From: a virus
Taxonomy: Duplodnaviria; Caudoviricetes
DNA length: 45,974 nt
Reading direction: 5' to 3' (one strand)
Virus record (IMG/VR): IMGVR_UViG_3300013767_000066
Span: 1-45,974 of that record
Shown: piece after piece, positions 28,556-35,908 of the stretch
How the letters are laid out: each line of letters opens with the position of its first letter
How positions within the stretch are numbered: the stretch's first letter is position 1
Notes under the pieces: generated by a model
Databases searched by the model: none
Seen by the model: only the letters and a program-made list of their open reading frames with translations
What the model was told of the DNA's origin: nothing
Made by a program: the position numbers and the translations under genes

Positions 28556-28581
28556 CGAAAAAGCCCGCTCGCGCGGGCTTT
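28556..28581. terminator. Bidirectional terminator (tR'-like)
   Basis: AAAAAGCCCGC-TCGC-GCGGGCTTT. Confidence 0.75.
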
Positions 28582-28614
28582 GGACGTACTTCGCAGGTGT
28601 ATCGAATAGAGGCC

Positions 28615-28643
28615 ATTTTTGTGCACGATTTGCACAATGTCAA
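28615..28643 (-). promoter_or_regulatory. Late promoter pR'-like with an inverted repeat in the spacer
   Basis: TTGACA-N17-AAAAAT at the end of the Q-like gene; TGTGCA-N5-TGCACA at 28620-28636; terminator ~35 nt downstream. Confidence 0.62.
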
Positions 28644-29239
28644 GCCATCTCCTCGATTTTGACCATCTCGGCGGCCTTCAGACGGATGTCGATCGCTGCC
28701 CAGGCAACCGACTCAACCCCGGGCGCGGCCATCAATCCGCGCTTCTTTTCGCCCTCGATCCACACCTTCAGCTTCGCGTTCTGGGCGCTGACCGTGTTGC
28801 GGTGGGCGCCGCAGTCCTCCGCAATCTGCTGCAGGTCCACCCGTACGCCGAAGATCTTCTCCAGGATGGATCGCCGCACGCGGTAGTGCGAGAACGACCC
28901 GGACAGCTGCTGCATGGCGCGGTCGGTCAGCCAGACGATCGCCGCCTCCCATTCCGGGTTCGGGCGCCGAGCTGCACAGCATGGCCGGCCGCAGTCGCAA
29001 CGCACGTCGCGCGGCGCGCAGCGCGCGGTGAGCACTGCCTGGTGCAGCTCGGGCAGCATGCTCAGTTCGTTCCGGATCATGCCGGCCTGCGCGGCACCAT
29101 CGACACCGACCAGTCCCTTCCCCGAACCGATGGCCGGCGTCATGGCCTTGTTCATCGCCGAGGCCTGGTACTGCTGGCCCGAGTAGTTGAACGCGAACAC
29201 CAATGCCGCGTGCGAACTGTCGAACAGGCGTTCTTCCAT
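28640..29239 (-). CDS. Late-gene regulator / antiterminator Q-like protein
   Basis: Position after rusA and before the late operon; CDCGRPCC Zn motif and C-terminal HTH (LQQIAEDCGAHRNTVS). Confidence 0.65.
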   Translation of the reverse strand: MEERLFDSSHAALVFAFNYSGQQYQASAMNKAMTPAIGSGKGLVGVDGAAQAGMIRNELSMLPELHQAVLTARCAPRDVRCDCGRPCCAARRPNPEWEAAIVWLTDRAMQQLSGSFSHYRVRRSILEKIFGVRVDLQQIAEDCGAHRNTVSAQNAKLKVWIEGEKKRGLMAAPGVESVAWAAIDIRLKAAEMVKIEEMA

Positions 29240-29267
29240 CGTGTTTTCCCCCGTCACAATCGATCCT

Positions 29268-29741
29268 TCACGCCGCCTGTAGCGGCAGTTGTTCCACGCT
29301 GACCTGCACACCGGGCGCGGTGCTGTAGCGCTTGCTGATGCGGTATTCAACCGCCTGCGCGTCATCGACCCAGACGATGCCGTTCATCCCATCCTTGACC
29401 GCCTTGAGCACGTTGTCAGCGTCCGGCTTCTTCGTCGCCGCGACCAGACCCGCCGCCGCGTCGCGTTGGCGCTTCTTGGACCAGCTGGCCGGGATCTGCA
29501 GGTTGATGTCGAGCCAGAGCTCAACCGGGCCCTCGATCGGTGGCTGGCCTTCCATGGCCTGCATGGCTGCGAGCTTGACCAGGTTTTCGAAGACCAGCGT
29601 CTTCGCCGGCGTGCGCGCTGTCGGCCGTCCGTGAAAGCCCATGCCGATGATGGGCCGGCCCTTGGCCACGGGCTGCCCGGGCACCGAGAACACGACGCGG
29701 CGCATCGGCCGGCCGGCGTCGAAAAGCGATTGCGTCGTCAT
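29268..29741 (-). CDS. rusA: RusA family Holliday junction resolvase
   Basis: PVAKGRP, KPDADNVLKAVKDGMNGIVWVDDAQ. Confidence 0.93.
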   Translation of the reverse strand: MTTQSLFDAGRPMRRVVFSVPGQPVAKGRPIIGMGFHGRPTARTPAKTLVFENLVKLAAMQAMEGQPPIEGPVELWLDINLQIPASWSKKRQRDAAAGLVAATKKPDADNVLKAVKDGMNGIVWVDDAQAVEYRISKRYSTAPGVQVSVEQLPLQAA

Positions 29742-30844
29742 GCCATCACCTGCCCCGGCGCCACGCCGTACATGAGCCGGTACACGCGCTCGAATTCGCC
29801 TGGGTTCATTCGCTCGGCCTTGCTCACCTCGCGCTCGATGAGCCGCTGGTCGCCCGTCTCGCGGATGACGCGTAGCCGGAACCAGATCGCGTGCTCGTCG
29901 CCGCCACGCTCGACTCCCAGCTCGGCCGCCTTGGCCTGGACGCCTTCAGGGGTAGCGTCCCAGTCGGTCATGGGTGGCGCGCCGCCCTGCCGTTCGGCCA
30001 ACACCTCGTCGACGAAGGCCTCGAGGAAGCCGGGATTCACCGCGGACGTGTCGTGGTCGGATGCCCTTCGCGCGCACGCGAGGGCATGAGCCCGGAGCAA
30101 CACCGGCAACCCGATGCCGCGACCCGCAATCCGGAGCAACGCCTCGCGCGCACGCGAGGACAGGCTCAGCGTCTTGCCCCGTTCGGACTCGAGCAGCACC
30201 AGCTGTTCGCCGACCGCGTCAGCGGAGAGCGGCAGCGGCGCGTCTGAGTTATCCACAGCCCCCACCACGTGTGAAGCACCTACGCCGCCGTTTACGCTTT
30301 TGTTTTTATTCTGTCCTCTGTCCTCTGTCTCGCGCGCTCGCGTGGGTGGTGATGGGTAAGGTGCGGTGTTTGGTGAAACACCAAACGCTTCACCAATGGG
30401 GGGCTTTGGTGCGGTATTTGGTGGTGACTTTGGTGCACCTTCTTGAGCAGGTAAGAGCCCTTGCTTTGCAAGCCGTTTGTACTCGTCTTCGACCATGCGC
30501 GAGCTGAACCAGATCGGCCCAGCCTGGCTTTCGAGGATTGTCACGGTGGGGCCGCGCTTGCGCCCGTGGGTCGGTGTGAACGTCTGCGCCTCACACGATC
30601 CGCCGGCGTCGGTACCCTTCAACACGCCCTTCTCCACTAGCGATTTCAGGACTTTCACGGTAGTGCGCACAGCGCCCGCCAGCTCAGCCAGAGGCCAGCG
30701 CAGAACGCCGTATTCCTCGCTTTCATGCATGAGGCAAAGGACATCAATCCAGACGCCCTTTTCCTCATGCGTGCAGCGCTTGAGCTTCAGGTTTGTGGTC
30801 CAGTCCGCCGTATAGAACGGCATCCAGGGGCGATCTCGCTTCAT
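29738..30844 (-). CDS. Replication initiator (lambda O analogue, YdaU/DUF1376-like N-terminus)
   Basis: PWMPFYTADW, EEKGVWIDVLCLMH, SSRM; follows cII; contains iterons. Confidence 0.78.
   Translation of the reverse strand: MKRDRPWMPFYTADWTTNLKLKRCTHEEKGVWIDVLCLMHESEEYGVLRWPLAELAGAVRTTVKVLKSLVEKGVLKGTDAGGSCEAQTFTPTHGRKRGPTVTILESQAGPIWFSSRMVEDEYKRLAKQGLLPAQEGAPKSPPNTAPKPPIGEAFGVSPNTAPYPSPPTRARETEDRGQNKNKSVNGGVGASHVVGAVDNSDAPLPLSADAVGEQLVLLESERGKTLSLSSRAREALLRIAGRGIGLPVLLRAHALACARRASDHDTSAVNPGFLEAFVDEVLAERQGGAPPMTDWDATPEGVQAKAAELGVERGGDEHAIWFRLRVIRETGDQRLIEREVSKAERMNPGEFERVYRLMYGVAPGQVMA
30291..30435. repeat. Putative replication origin: iterons plus AT-rich tract
   Basis: TTTGGTG at 30369, 30405, 30417, 30429 (12-bp phase), inverted copies at 30379 and 30391, T-rich tract at 30291-30312. 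Confidence 0.72.
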
Positions 30845-31107
30845 GCCACCTCCAATCCCTTCCTCGCGAGCGTGCGCAGCGCCTGGTATTCCTCGCGCGG
30901 CAAACAGACGATGCTGTCGTCGCCTGGCGCAACCACTTCCAGCTCGAGTACTTCGAACAGCGTGCAGAACTCGGCGAAGCTCAGCCGGTGGCCGCTGTTA
31001 TTCAGAAAGCGCGAGAAATTCGTTGGCTCGACGCCAATGCGCTCGGCGACTTTCTTCTGCGTGAGCGGAGCAACACGATTCAACACCATTGACTCAAGGC
31101 TCGGCAT
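30841..31107 (-). CDS. cII: CII-like transcriptional activator
   Basis: LESMVLNRVAPLTQKKVAERIGVEPTNFSRF resembles the lambda CII HTH; lies between cro and the initiator; GGAG SD. Confidence 0.8.
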   Translation of the reverse strand: MPSLESMVLNRVAPLTQKKVAERIGVEPTNFSRFLNNSGHRLSFAEFCTLFEVLELEVVAPGDDSIVCLPREEYQALRTLARKGLEVA

Positions 31108-31330
31108 GTGATGCTCCAAAGTGCTGGCTCGGTTCCATACGATTGACCCCAACGAAACAGCAACGCCGGCGCGCCACATTGGCGCCCAGCGAGGAAAAAG
31201 AGAAATGGGAAATGGATGCCACTACCTGGCGCCGTTGATGCAGGCAGCCAGATCCGCGCGAACGCGTTTGAACAGACAGGCTTGCAAGCAAGCCAAACGG
31301 AACCGACTGCGCAGAACGCAGCATGGTCAT
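31094..31330 (-). CDS. Possible small hypothetical protein between cro and cII
   Basis: ORF fills the gap, has a GGGGGA SD and overlaps the cII start; no recognisable motif. Confidence 0.3.
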   Translation of the reverse strand: MTMLRSAQSVPFGLLASLSVQTRSRGSGCLHQRRQVVASISHFSFSSLGANVARRRCCFVGVNRMEPSQHFGASHAEP

Positions 31331-31385
31331 TCCCCCGGTCGAGCCATCAAGGGCCCGTTTATCGAAGCGCGGACTGGCCGCACAC

Positions 31386-31619
31386 CTATGAGCGGTCCTT
31401 TGATGCCCGCACGAATGCCCAGTCGACCTTGTCGTTCAACTCTTCGCAGGTGACGGTGCCGTTGGTGATGCGCTCGATCTCCGGGCAATGCTCAGCCGGT
31501 ACCTGCCGGCCTTCATCCGTCCACTGATGGACAGCGCCCTTGGTGACGCCGAGAAGCTTCGCCAACGCCGCATACCCCCCCACAAACTCGGCCGCTCGCT
31601 TAACTGGGTGATCGCTCAT
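31386..31619 (-). CDS. cro: Cro-like repressor (YdaS family)
   Basis: GGYAALAKLLGVTKGAVHQW...VPAEHCPEIERITNGTVTCEEL; divergent from cI. Confidence 0.9.
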   Translation of the reverse strand: MSDHPVKRAAEFVGGYAALAKLLGVTKGAVHQWTDEGRQVPAEHCPEIERITNGTVTCEELNDKVDWAFVRASKDRS

Positions 31620-31648
31620 GATGAAAATTCAGTCCGAAATTCCAGCTA

Positions 31649-31713
31649 AGTATAGAGTATCTAGACATTATGGTAAAGAAATCGTAGACCTGCGCCGTCT
31701 AGATTCTCTGTAC
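31649..31713. promoter_or_regulatory. OR-like operator triplet with pR
   Basis: 17-bp pseudo-palindromes GTATAGAGTATCTAGAC (31650), GTAAAGAAATCGTAGAC (31673), GTCTAGATTCTCTGTAC (31697), spaced 6 and 7 bp; minus-strand TTTACC-N17-TATACT. Confidence 0.85.
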
Positions 31714-31722
31714 CATCGCGCG

Positions 31723-32904
31723 ATGGAAATGAAGTCTTGGATCCGTCTCGCCCGCAAGAAAGCTGGCCTCACGCAGGAACAGCTGGCGGACAGACTCGGC
31801 CTTACGAAAGGCAATATCTCGGCCTGGGAGAATGGCCGGCACGAGGCCAGCTTCAGCCAGCTCGCAGCGATCGCGGAACTCAGTGGCCTGCCCATAGGCC
31901 AAGACTCTCCGGAGACGACACTGGCCGCCGGCACGATGATGTCCTGGCAGAAGGAAGACGCCGCGCGCCTCAGCGCCCTCTTCACCGAGCACCGTGGGCG
32001 CCTGAGCATCGACGAGTTCAGCCGCCGGTATGAGATCGGCCCCAAGGCCACGCAGTTTCTGGCAGGTCAGATTCCCCTCACGATGGAAGCCGCTGTTGGC
32101 TTCGCGCGGGGCCTCGGTGTCGAGTTGGAAGCGATCAGCCCGCGCCTCGCTGCTGAACGCCGCCGCCCCACGGATGACGCTATCGTGAAGCTGCAGCCGG
32201 GTGCAGAGGGCGGCAGAACGTCCGGTGAGCGACTGCAGATCGTGATGGCTGAGCAGCATCTGGACGTCGCGGCCTTAGCCAAGCAACTTGGCGTGGAACC
32301 GGCTGTAGTGCGCTCGCTCCTCGAACCGGACGCACCTAAGCTGCAACTCCATCACGCGGTCAAGTTGCAGGAAGCCTACGGCTACAGCCCGAAGTGGCTG
32401 ATCAATGGCCAGGGCGAACAGAAGCTCAACGGCGCGATCGAGCCCGAGCTTGACGAGCCCACCCTTCCGTTTGATACGTTCCAAATTCCTGACGATGCCT
32501 TCAGGAAGATCCCGGTCAGAGGTATGGCGCAGTTAGGTGACAACGGACACTTCGTGGACGTCGAGTACCCCGTGGGGCATGGCGACGGCTACGTCTTCTT
32601 CCCGACCAAGGACCCGGACGCATACGCACTGCGGTGCAACGGCGAGTCGATGCGGCCCCGGGTGAAACACAACGAGTTCGTGGTGGTCGAGCCCAACACC
32701 CAGATCCAGAACGGCGACGAGGTCCTGGTGAAGTCGCAGGACGGCCGAGTCATGGTTAAAGAGCTTGCCTATGTGCGCGACGGCATCGTCCACTTGTCAT
32801 CGGTGAACGAGCGCCACGGCATGCTGCGGATCCCTCAGGACCAAATCGAGCGGATGCACTTCGTGGGCGGGATTGTGAAGCGATCGGCCTGGCGGCCGGA
32901 CTAA
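31723..32904 (+). CDS. cI: CI-like repressor: three HTH domains plus S24 peptidase
   Basis: XRE HTH (LTQEQLADRLGLTKGNISAWENG), two further HTH-like units, catalytic GESM and VKEL; start trimmed to 31723. Confidence 0.9.
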   Translation: MEMKSWIRLARKKAGLTQEQLADRLGLTKGNISAWENGRHEASFSQLAAIAELSGLPIGQDSPETTLAAGTMMSWQKEDAARLSALFTEHRGRLSIDEFSRRYEIGPKATQFLAGQIPLTMEAAVGFARGLGVELEAISPRLAAERRRPTDDAIVKLQPGAEGGRTSGERLQIVMAEQHLDVAALAKQLGVEPAVVRSLLEPDAPKLQLHHAVKLQEAYGYSPKWLINGQGEQKLNGAIEPELDEPTLPFDTFQIPDDAFRKIPVRGMAQLGDNGHFVDVEYPVGHGDGYVFFPTKDPDAYALRCNGESMRPRVKHNEFVVVEPNTQIQNGDEVLVKSQDGRVMVKELAYVRDGIVHLSSVNERHGMLRIPQDQIERMHFVGGIVKRSAWRPD

Positions 32905-32921
32905 ACAAGAAAGAGGGTCAA

Positions 32922-33206
32922 ATGCGTTTTCTATTGCCTTTGCTGGCCGCAACAATTGCCGGCTGCACAACGGTTTCCGAGGTCAGCCCGGCGGGCAACG
33001 GGACCTATACGGTAGGCACACGCCATGTCGGTGGCGTGGAATCGTGGCAGGAAATCAAGGCGAGCAGCTTGCGGCGTGCCGACGAGTACTGCCACGGTCA
33101 AGGTAAGGAAATGGAACAACTCGACATGCAAACGCACGGCGCTCGCGGCTGGACACCGCTCGAATCCGAGCTGAAGTTCAAGTGTGTCGCGACTCAGAGT
33201 TCATAG
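32922..33206 (+). CDS. Small lipoprotein co-transcribed with cI
   Basis: Lipobox IAGC plus two further Cys; 17 nt after the cI stop. Confidence 0.8.
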   Translation: MRFLLPLLAATIAGCTTVSEVSPAGNGTYTVGTRHVGGVESWQEIKASSLRRADEYCHGQGKEMEQLDMQTHGARGWTPLESELKFKCVATQSS

Positions 33207-33264
33207 ACTTCTGCCAGCGTGAAGCAGTCGACTTGCCCCCAGATTGATTCAACCGCGAGGACGC

Positions 33265-33633
33265 ATGGAGACCATTTTTGCCGAAGCCTTCCACAAGGCA
33301 GCTGTCACACTGCTAAGCGGATGGATGATTGCCACTGTGACTGCCGTGATACTGATCGCCACCCAGATACTGAAGACGGCCAGCAGGGCCGTCAGCAGCG
33401 AATTGGCAAAGACGAACATGAGCAAATCGGCAATGGTGAAGAACTTCCTGTTCAATATGCTCGACTGGGTAACCTGCACAGTGTTCTCGTTCATCGTGAT
33501 CTCACGGTTTGTTATCGCTGCTAACGCACCGGCCACCAAGGCAGACATTCTGTGGGCGCTCGGGCTTGTTGCCTTCGCCGCAATTTATCTCTGGGTGGGT
33601 GCGATGCGATTTGAGCGTCGCAGTGCGAGCTGA
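33265..33633 (+). CDS. Hypothetical 3-TM membrane protein in the immunity region
   Basis: GAGGA SD, three hydrophobic segments, lower GC. Confidence 0.68.
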   Translation: METIFAEAFHKAAVTLLSGWMIATVTAVILIATQILKTASRAVSSELAKTNMSKSAMVKNFLFNMLDWVTCTVFSFIVISRFVIAANAPATKADILWALGLVAFAAIYLWVGAMRFERRSAS

Positions 33634-33672
33634 GTATAAGCAGCGTCACCGGCGTTTACAACCACCGCAAGC

Positions 33673-33695
33673 AGCCCGCCTTGTGCGGGCTTTTT
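33673..33695 (+). terminator. Intrinsic terminator ending the cI operon
   Basis: AGCCCGC-CTTGT-GCGGGCT-TTTT. Confidence 0.8.
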
Positions 33696-33700
33696 GTTGC

Positions 33701-33916
33701 CTATTTCCCCCGCTTCAACGCCAAGACCACCCTCTGGTCTAGGCCCGCGCGGTAAAGCGTAGCCCCTACCCGCTCGAGCAGCACCCTCTCCTTCCCCTCG
33801 ATTGCCGGATCGGTCAGCAGCACCGCCAGGCCGGCGATCGCGTCGTCAATCTCCAATTCCACCTCGTCGTCCAGCGCCACACGCTCGAACTCGCGGATCA
33901 CGTCGTCCGGTCCCAT
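33701..33916 (-). CDS. Small acidic hypothetical protein
   Basis: AGGGGA SD, helical 71-aa ORF converging on the terminator. Confidence 0.6.
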   Translation of the reverse strand: MGPDDVIREFERVALDDEVELEIDDAIAGLAVLLTDPAIEGKERVLLERVGATLYRAGLDQRVVLALKRGK

Positions 33917-34006
33917 TTTGTCCCCTAGTTGCAACACCCGGCCAGTCTAGTCCAACCGCTTGCCCCCCGTCTCCCCGAAGTCAGCAGGTATAGAAGAACA
34001 ATCTTT

Positions 34007-34048
34007 GTCTAGACTTTCTTGACTTATATTGTCTAGCGCATCTATACT
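34007..34048 (+). promoter_or_regulatory. OL-like operators and pL promoter
   Basis: GTCTAGACTTTCTTGAC (34007) and GTCTAGCGCATCTATAC (34031) match the OR consensus and overlap TTGACT-N18-TATACT. Confidence 0.85.
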
Positions 34049-34093
34049 TGCCGCACGCCGCTGACGTTCACAGCGGTTCGCTGGAGACAGACG

Positions 34094-34381
34094 ATGCCCA
34101 ACGCCCTTCCCACCGCCGCTGCATACCGGCACGCCCATGAAGCGCACCAACGCGCTGCCGGCGGCCAGGTGATCGCAGTCCGCACCCTCGTGCGCGAGAC
34201 GGTGACCCGGATCCACGGCCGCGACCACTTTGAGTTCCGCGGCGTCCACGAAGACTCGGTCTACGAGGCCGCACTCGACAAGAAGAATTTCATCGACATC
34301 TACCGCTCGCCGGCCATTGCCTACCGCTACTGGGAAGGTGACGAGTACGTCGTGATGGTCCGCTGCTTCGGTCTGGACTGA
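34094..34381 (+). CDS. Hypothetical protein, first gene of the pL operon
   Basis: GGAGA SD, phage-like codon usage. Confidence 0.7.
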   Translation: MPNALPTAAAYRHAHEAHQRAAGGQVIAVRTLVRETVTRIHGRDHFEFRGVHEDSVYEAALDKKNFIDIYRSPAIAYRYWEGDEYVVMVRCFGLD

Positions 34382-34391
34382 GGGACGCGCA

Positions 34392-34721
34392 ATGACCAAG
34401 CACACACCTGGTCCGTGGCGTTGGGATGGCTACCTGCTTCATCCGGTTGACCCCGACCCCAACAACTATGCGGTTCACACCATCGTTGACGCCAAGTACA
34501 TCGGCTGGGGATTCCTTTGCTCTGACCCCAAGCAGACCGAGGCCGAAAGCAACGCGAATCTGCAGCTGATTGAGGCCGCGCCCGATCTAGTGGACGCCGC
34601 GATGGCCGCCGAAGCGGTGCTGGCAAAGGACAAATGGCTGAAGGGCTCGACAGACCCCGAAGCAGTGGCGCTTTTCAAGCTGCGCGCCGCCATCGCCAAA
34701 GCGACGGGGGTGCAATCGTGA
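34392..34721 (+). CDS. Conserved phage hypothetical protein
   Basis: KHTPGPW...ANLQLIEAAPDL...RAAIAKATG pattern common in phage early regions. Confidence 0.8.
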   Translation: MTKHTPGPWRWDGYLLHPVDPDPNNYAVHTIVDAKYIGWGFLCSDPKQTEAESNANLQLIEAAPDLVDAAMAAEAVLAKDKWLKGSTDPEAVALFKLRAAIAKATGVQS

Positions 34722-34816
34722 GCCGCGATTTCTTCATGACCGCCCTGCTCATCTGCGTCGCGCCGCCGCTGGTTGTGCTGACTGCAACCGTCATCAGCAT
34801 GGCTGTGTCGCGATGA
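34718..34816 (+). CDS. 32-aa membrane peptide
   Basis: GTGA overlap at the start, ATGA overlap at the end, single hydrophobic helix. Confidence 0.5.
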   Translation: MSRDFFMTALLICVAPPLVVLTATVISMAVSR

Positions 34817-34968
34817 AGCGCCGCCCGTCCACCCGCCGCGCCATCGCCGAGCTGCTCGCCCTCTGGCTGGGCACAGCAGTCGCGCTCGCCATCGTCTTCT
34901 GCATCTACCACTTGGCCAGCGACGAGCCCAGCCCTATCCGCCCGGCCTCTTTCCGGAAGCTCACATGA
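34813..34968 (+). CDS. 51-aa membrane peptide
   Basis: MKRRPSTRRAIAELLALWLGTAVALAIVFCIYHL...; ATGA overlaps at both ends. Confidence 0.6.
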   Translation: MKRRPSTRRAIAELLALWLGTAVALAIVFCIYHLASDEPSPIRPASFRKLT

Positions 34969-35099
34969 TCGCCCGCCCCATCGTCCCCGGCCGCAGCTAC
35001 CAGGTGCACGGCGCAGGTATCGATCTGACCGTGCTCGCCACCAACCCCGTCGACGCCATCTGCATCGCCATCGACATGATCAAGGAAACGCAGCAATGA
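34965..35099 (+). CDS. 44-aa hypothetical peptide
   Basis: MIARPIVPGRSYQVHGAGIDLTVLATNPVDAICIAIDMIKETQQ; ATGA overlaps at both ends. Confidence 0.6.
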   Translation: MIARPIVPGRSYQVHGAGIDLTVLATNPVDAICIAIDMIKETQQ

Positions 35100-35899
35100 G
35101 CACCATCACCGTTCGCGCATCCAGCTGGGGCGCCCTTTTTGACTGCGCATACCGCTGGGAAGGCATTCACCTACTCGACATGCGCAACGTTGTCGGCTTG
35201 CGCGCCGCGCTGGGCACGGCCATTCATGCCGGCACAGCAGCATTCGACCAGAGCCGCCTCGATGGCTCGGGCGTGAGCGCCGACGACGCTGCTGGCGTGT
35301 TCGTCGACAAGCTCCACGACCCGGAGAACGAGTACAACCCGGCGAGCGACGACCTCACCGTCAAGGATGCGGAGCGCATCGGCCTGTCGCTGCTGACGCA
35401 GTACTGCCTGGAAGTGTCGCCGCGCTACGACTTCGTCGCCGTCGAGATGGAGACAACGCCTCTCGACATCGACTGCGGCGGCGGCACCGTGGTGCGCCTG
35501 ACCGGCACCATGGACCGTGCCCGGATCCGTCGTACCGCTATCGGCGTCGGTATTGCAGACCTCAAGAGCGGTTCCGCCGCAGTTCAGAAGGGTGTGGCCG
35601 TAACCAAGGGCCACGGCCCACAGATCGGTACGTACGAGCTGCTGTACGAGCACTCGACGGGCCAGCCGGTCGAGGACAGCGCCGAGATCATCGGCCTGAA
35701 GACCAAGGGCACGCTCGAAATCGCCACTGCGCCGGTCAAAAACGCCAAGCGTGTGATGCTCGGCACCGAGACCGCGCCGGGTCTCATCGAATTCGCAGCT
35801 GACATGTTCAAGTCCGGCCGCTTCTACCCCAACCCCAAGTCCCTCCTCTGCTCGGACAAGTACTGCCCGCGCTACGGCAGCTGCCAATTCCACGACTGA
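35096..35899 (+). CDS. RecB/Cas4-like PD-(D/E)xK exonuclease with Fe-S cysteines
   Basis: N-terminal Cys, GTAIH, LTGTMD, ADLKSG, QIGTY, C-terminal C-x4-C-x5-C. Confidence 0.85.
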   Translation: MSTITVRASSWGALFDCAYRWEGIHLLDMRNVVGLRAALGTAIHAGTAAFDQSRLDGSGVSADDAAGVFVDKLHDPENEYNPASDDLTVKDAERIGLSLLTQYCLEVSPRYDFVAVEMETTPLDIDCGGGTVVRLTGTMDRARIRRTAIGVGIADLKSGSAAVQKGVAVTKGHGPQIGTYELLYEHSTGQPVEDSAEIIGLKTKGTLEIATAPVKNAKRVMLGTETAPGLIEFAADMFKSGRFYPNPKSLLCSDKYCPRYGSCQFHD

Positions 35900-35908
35900 G
35901 AGCCCACC

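Noticed and set aside
31618-31722. N-terminal extension of cI in the ORF track
   Set aside because: Overlaps the operators and pR; the HTH begins after ATG 31723
35096-35899. CRISPR-Cas system suggested by the Cas4-like nuclease
   Set aside because: No repeat-spacer array or other cas genes; context is phage recombination
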